From the NCBI RefSeq assembly GCF_964213995.1, contig NC_135813.1:103478001-103542000 (forward strand): a DNA stretch of 64,000 bases, in the 5' to 3' direction. Positions within the stretch are counted from its first letter, which is position 1; each line of letters begins with the position of its first letter. The stretch is from Mustelus asterias. Its lineage: Eukaryota. The notes under the pieces were generated by a model. That model was not told where the DNA came from. It saw only the letters and a list, made by a program, of their open reading frames with translations, and made no database searches. Both the position numbers and the translations under genes were made by a program. Positions 63,855 through 64,000 of this stretch are shown here, piece after piece.

Positions 63855-64000
63855 TTGTCCAGTGGACTCTGACTAGTAGAGGTATTGCCATGGAAGATGT
63901 ACCAGTTAATGGTGACTGACAGATAACTGTCAAGCATTGTTTGAAAATTTAAATAAGGCAGCTTGACTCTGATTGGTCAAAGTATTGGCTTGAGCCAATG

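Noticed and set aside
55098-64000. Penultimate EMID1 exon (coiled-coil LREALKILAERVLILE-like)
   Set aside because: Not found by eye on the minus strand; probably beyond the window.

Overview
Vertebrate genomic DNA, most likely an elasmobranch (shark). This is inferred from the dense HE1-type V-SINE, CR1/HER1 LINE and Penelope-end repeats. Three spliced genes were reconstructed by hand. (1) EWSR1 on the minus strand: coding exons 1-13 (23904 down to 1793, SYGQ-rich LC domain, RGG1, RRM); its 3' exons lie left of the window. (2) RHBDD3 on the plus strand: complete CDS in 5 coding exons (24881..52357, 430 aa), head-to-head with EWSR1 across a CpG-island promoter. (3) The last coding exon of EMID1 on the minus strand (54967..55097). 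This matches the human EMID1-RHBDD3-EWSR1 order as I recall it. Main observations: a splicing/polyadenylation module in EWSR1 intron 8 whose alternative terminal exon matches the recalled human short isoform in nucleotide pattern but not in reading frame, with an adjacent poison-exon or recursive splice site; a U12-type intron in RHBDD3; a RHBDD3 pseudo-active site that keeps the His but has Thr for Ser; hammerhead-ribozyme-like cores in three Penelope-type repeat families; a two-gene Harbinger fossil; and V-SINEs with two different 3' tails. Most entries in the ORF track are repeat-derived or spurious. All comparisons to human sequences are from memory and need database confirmation.
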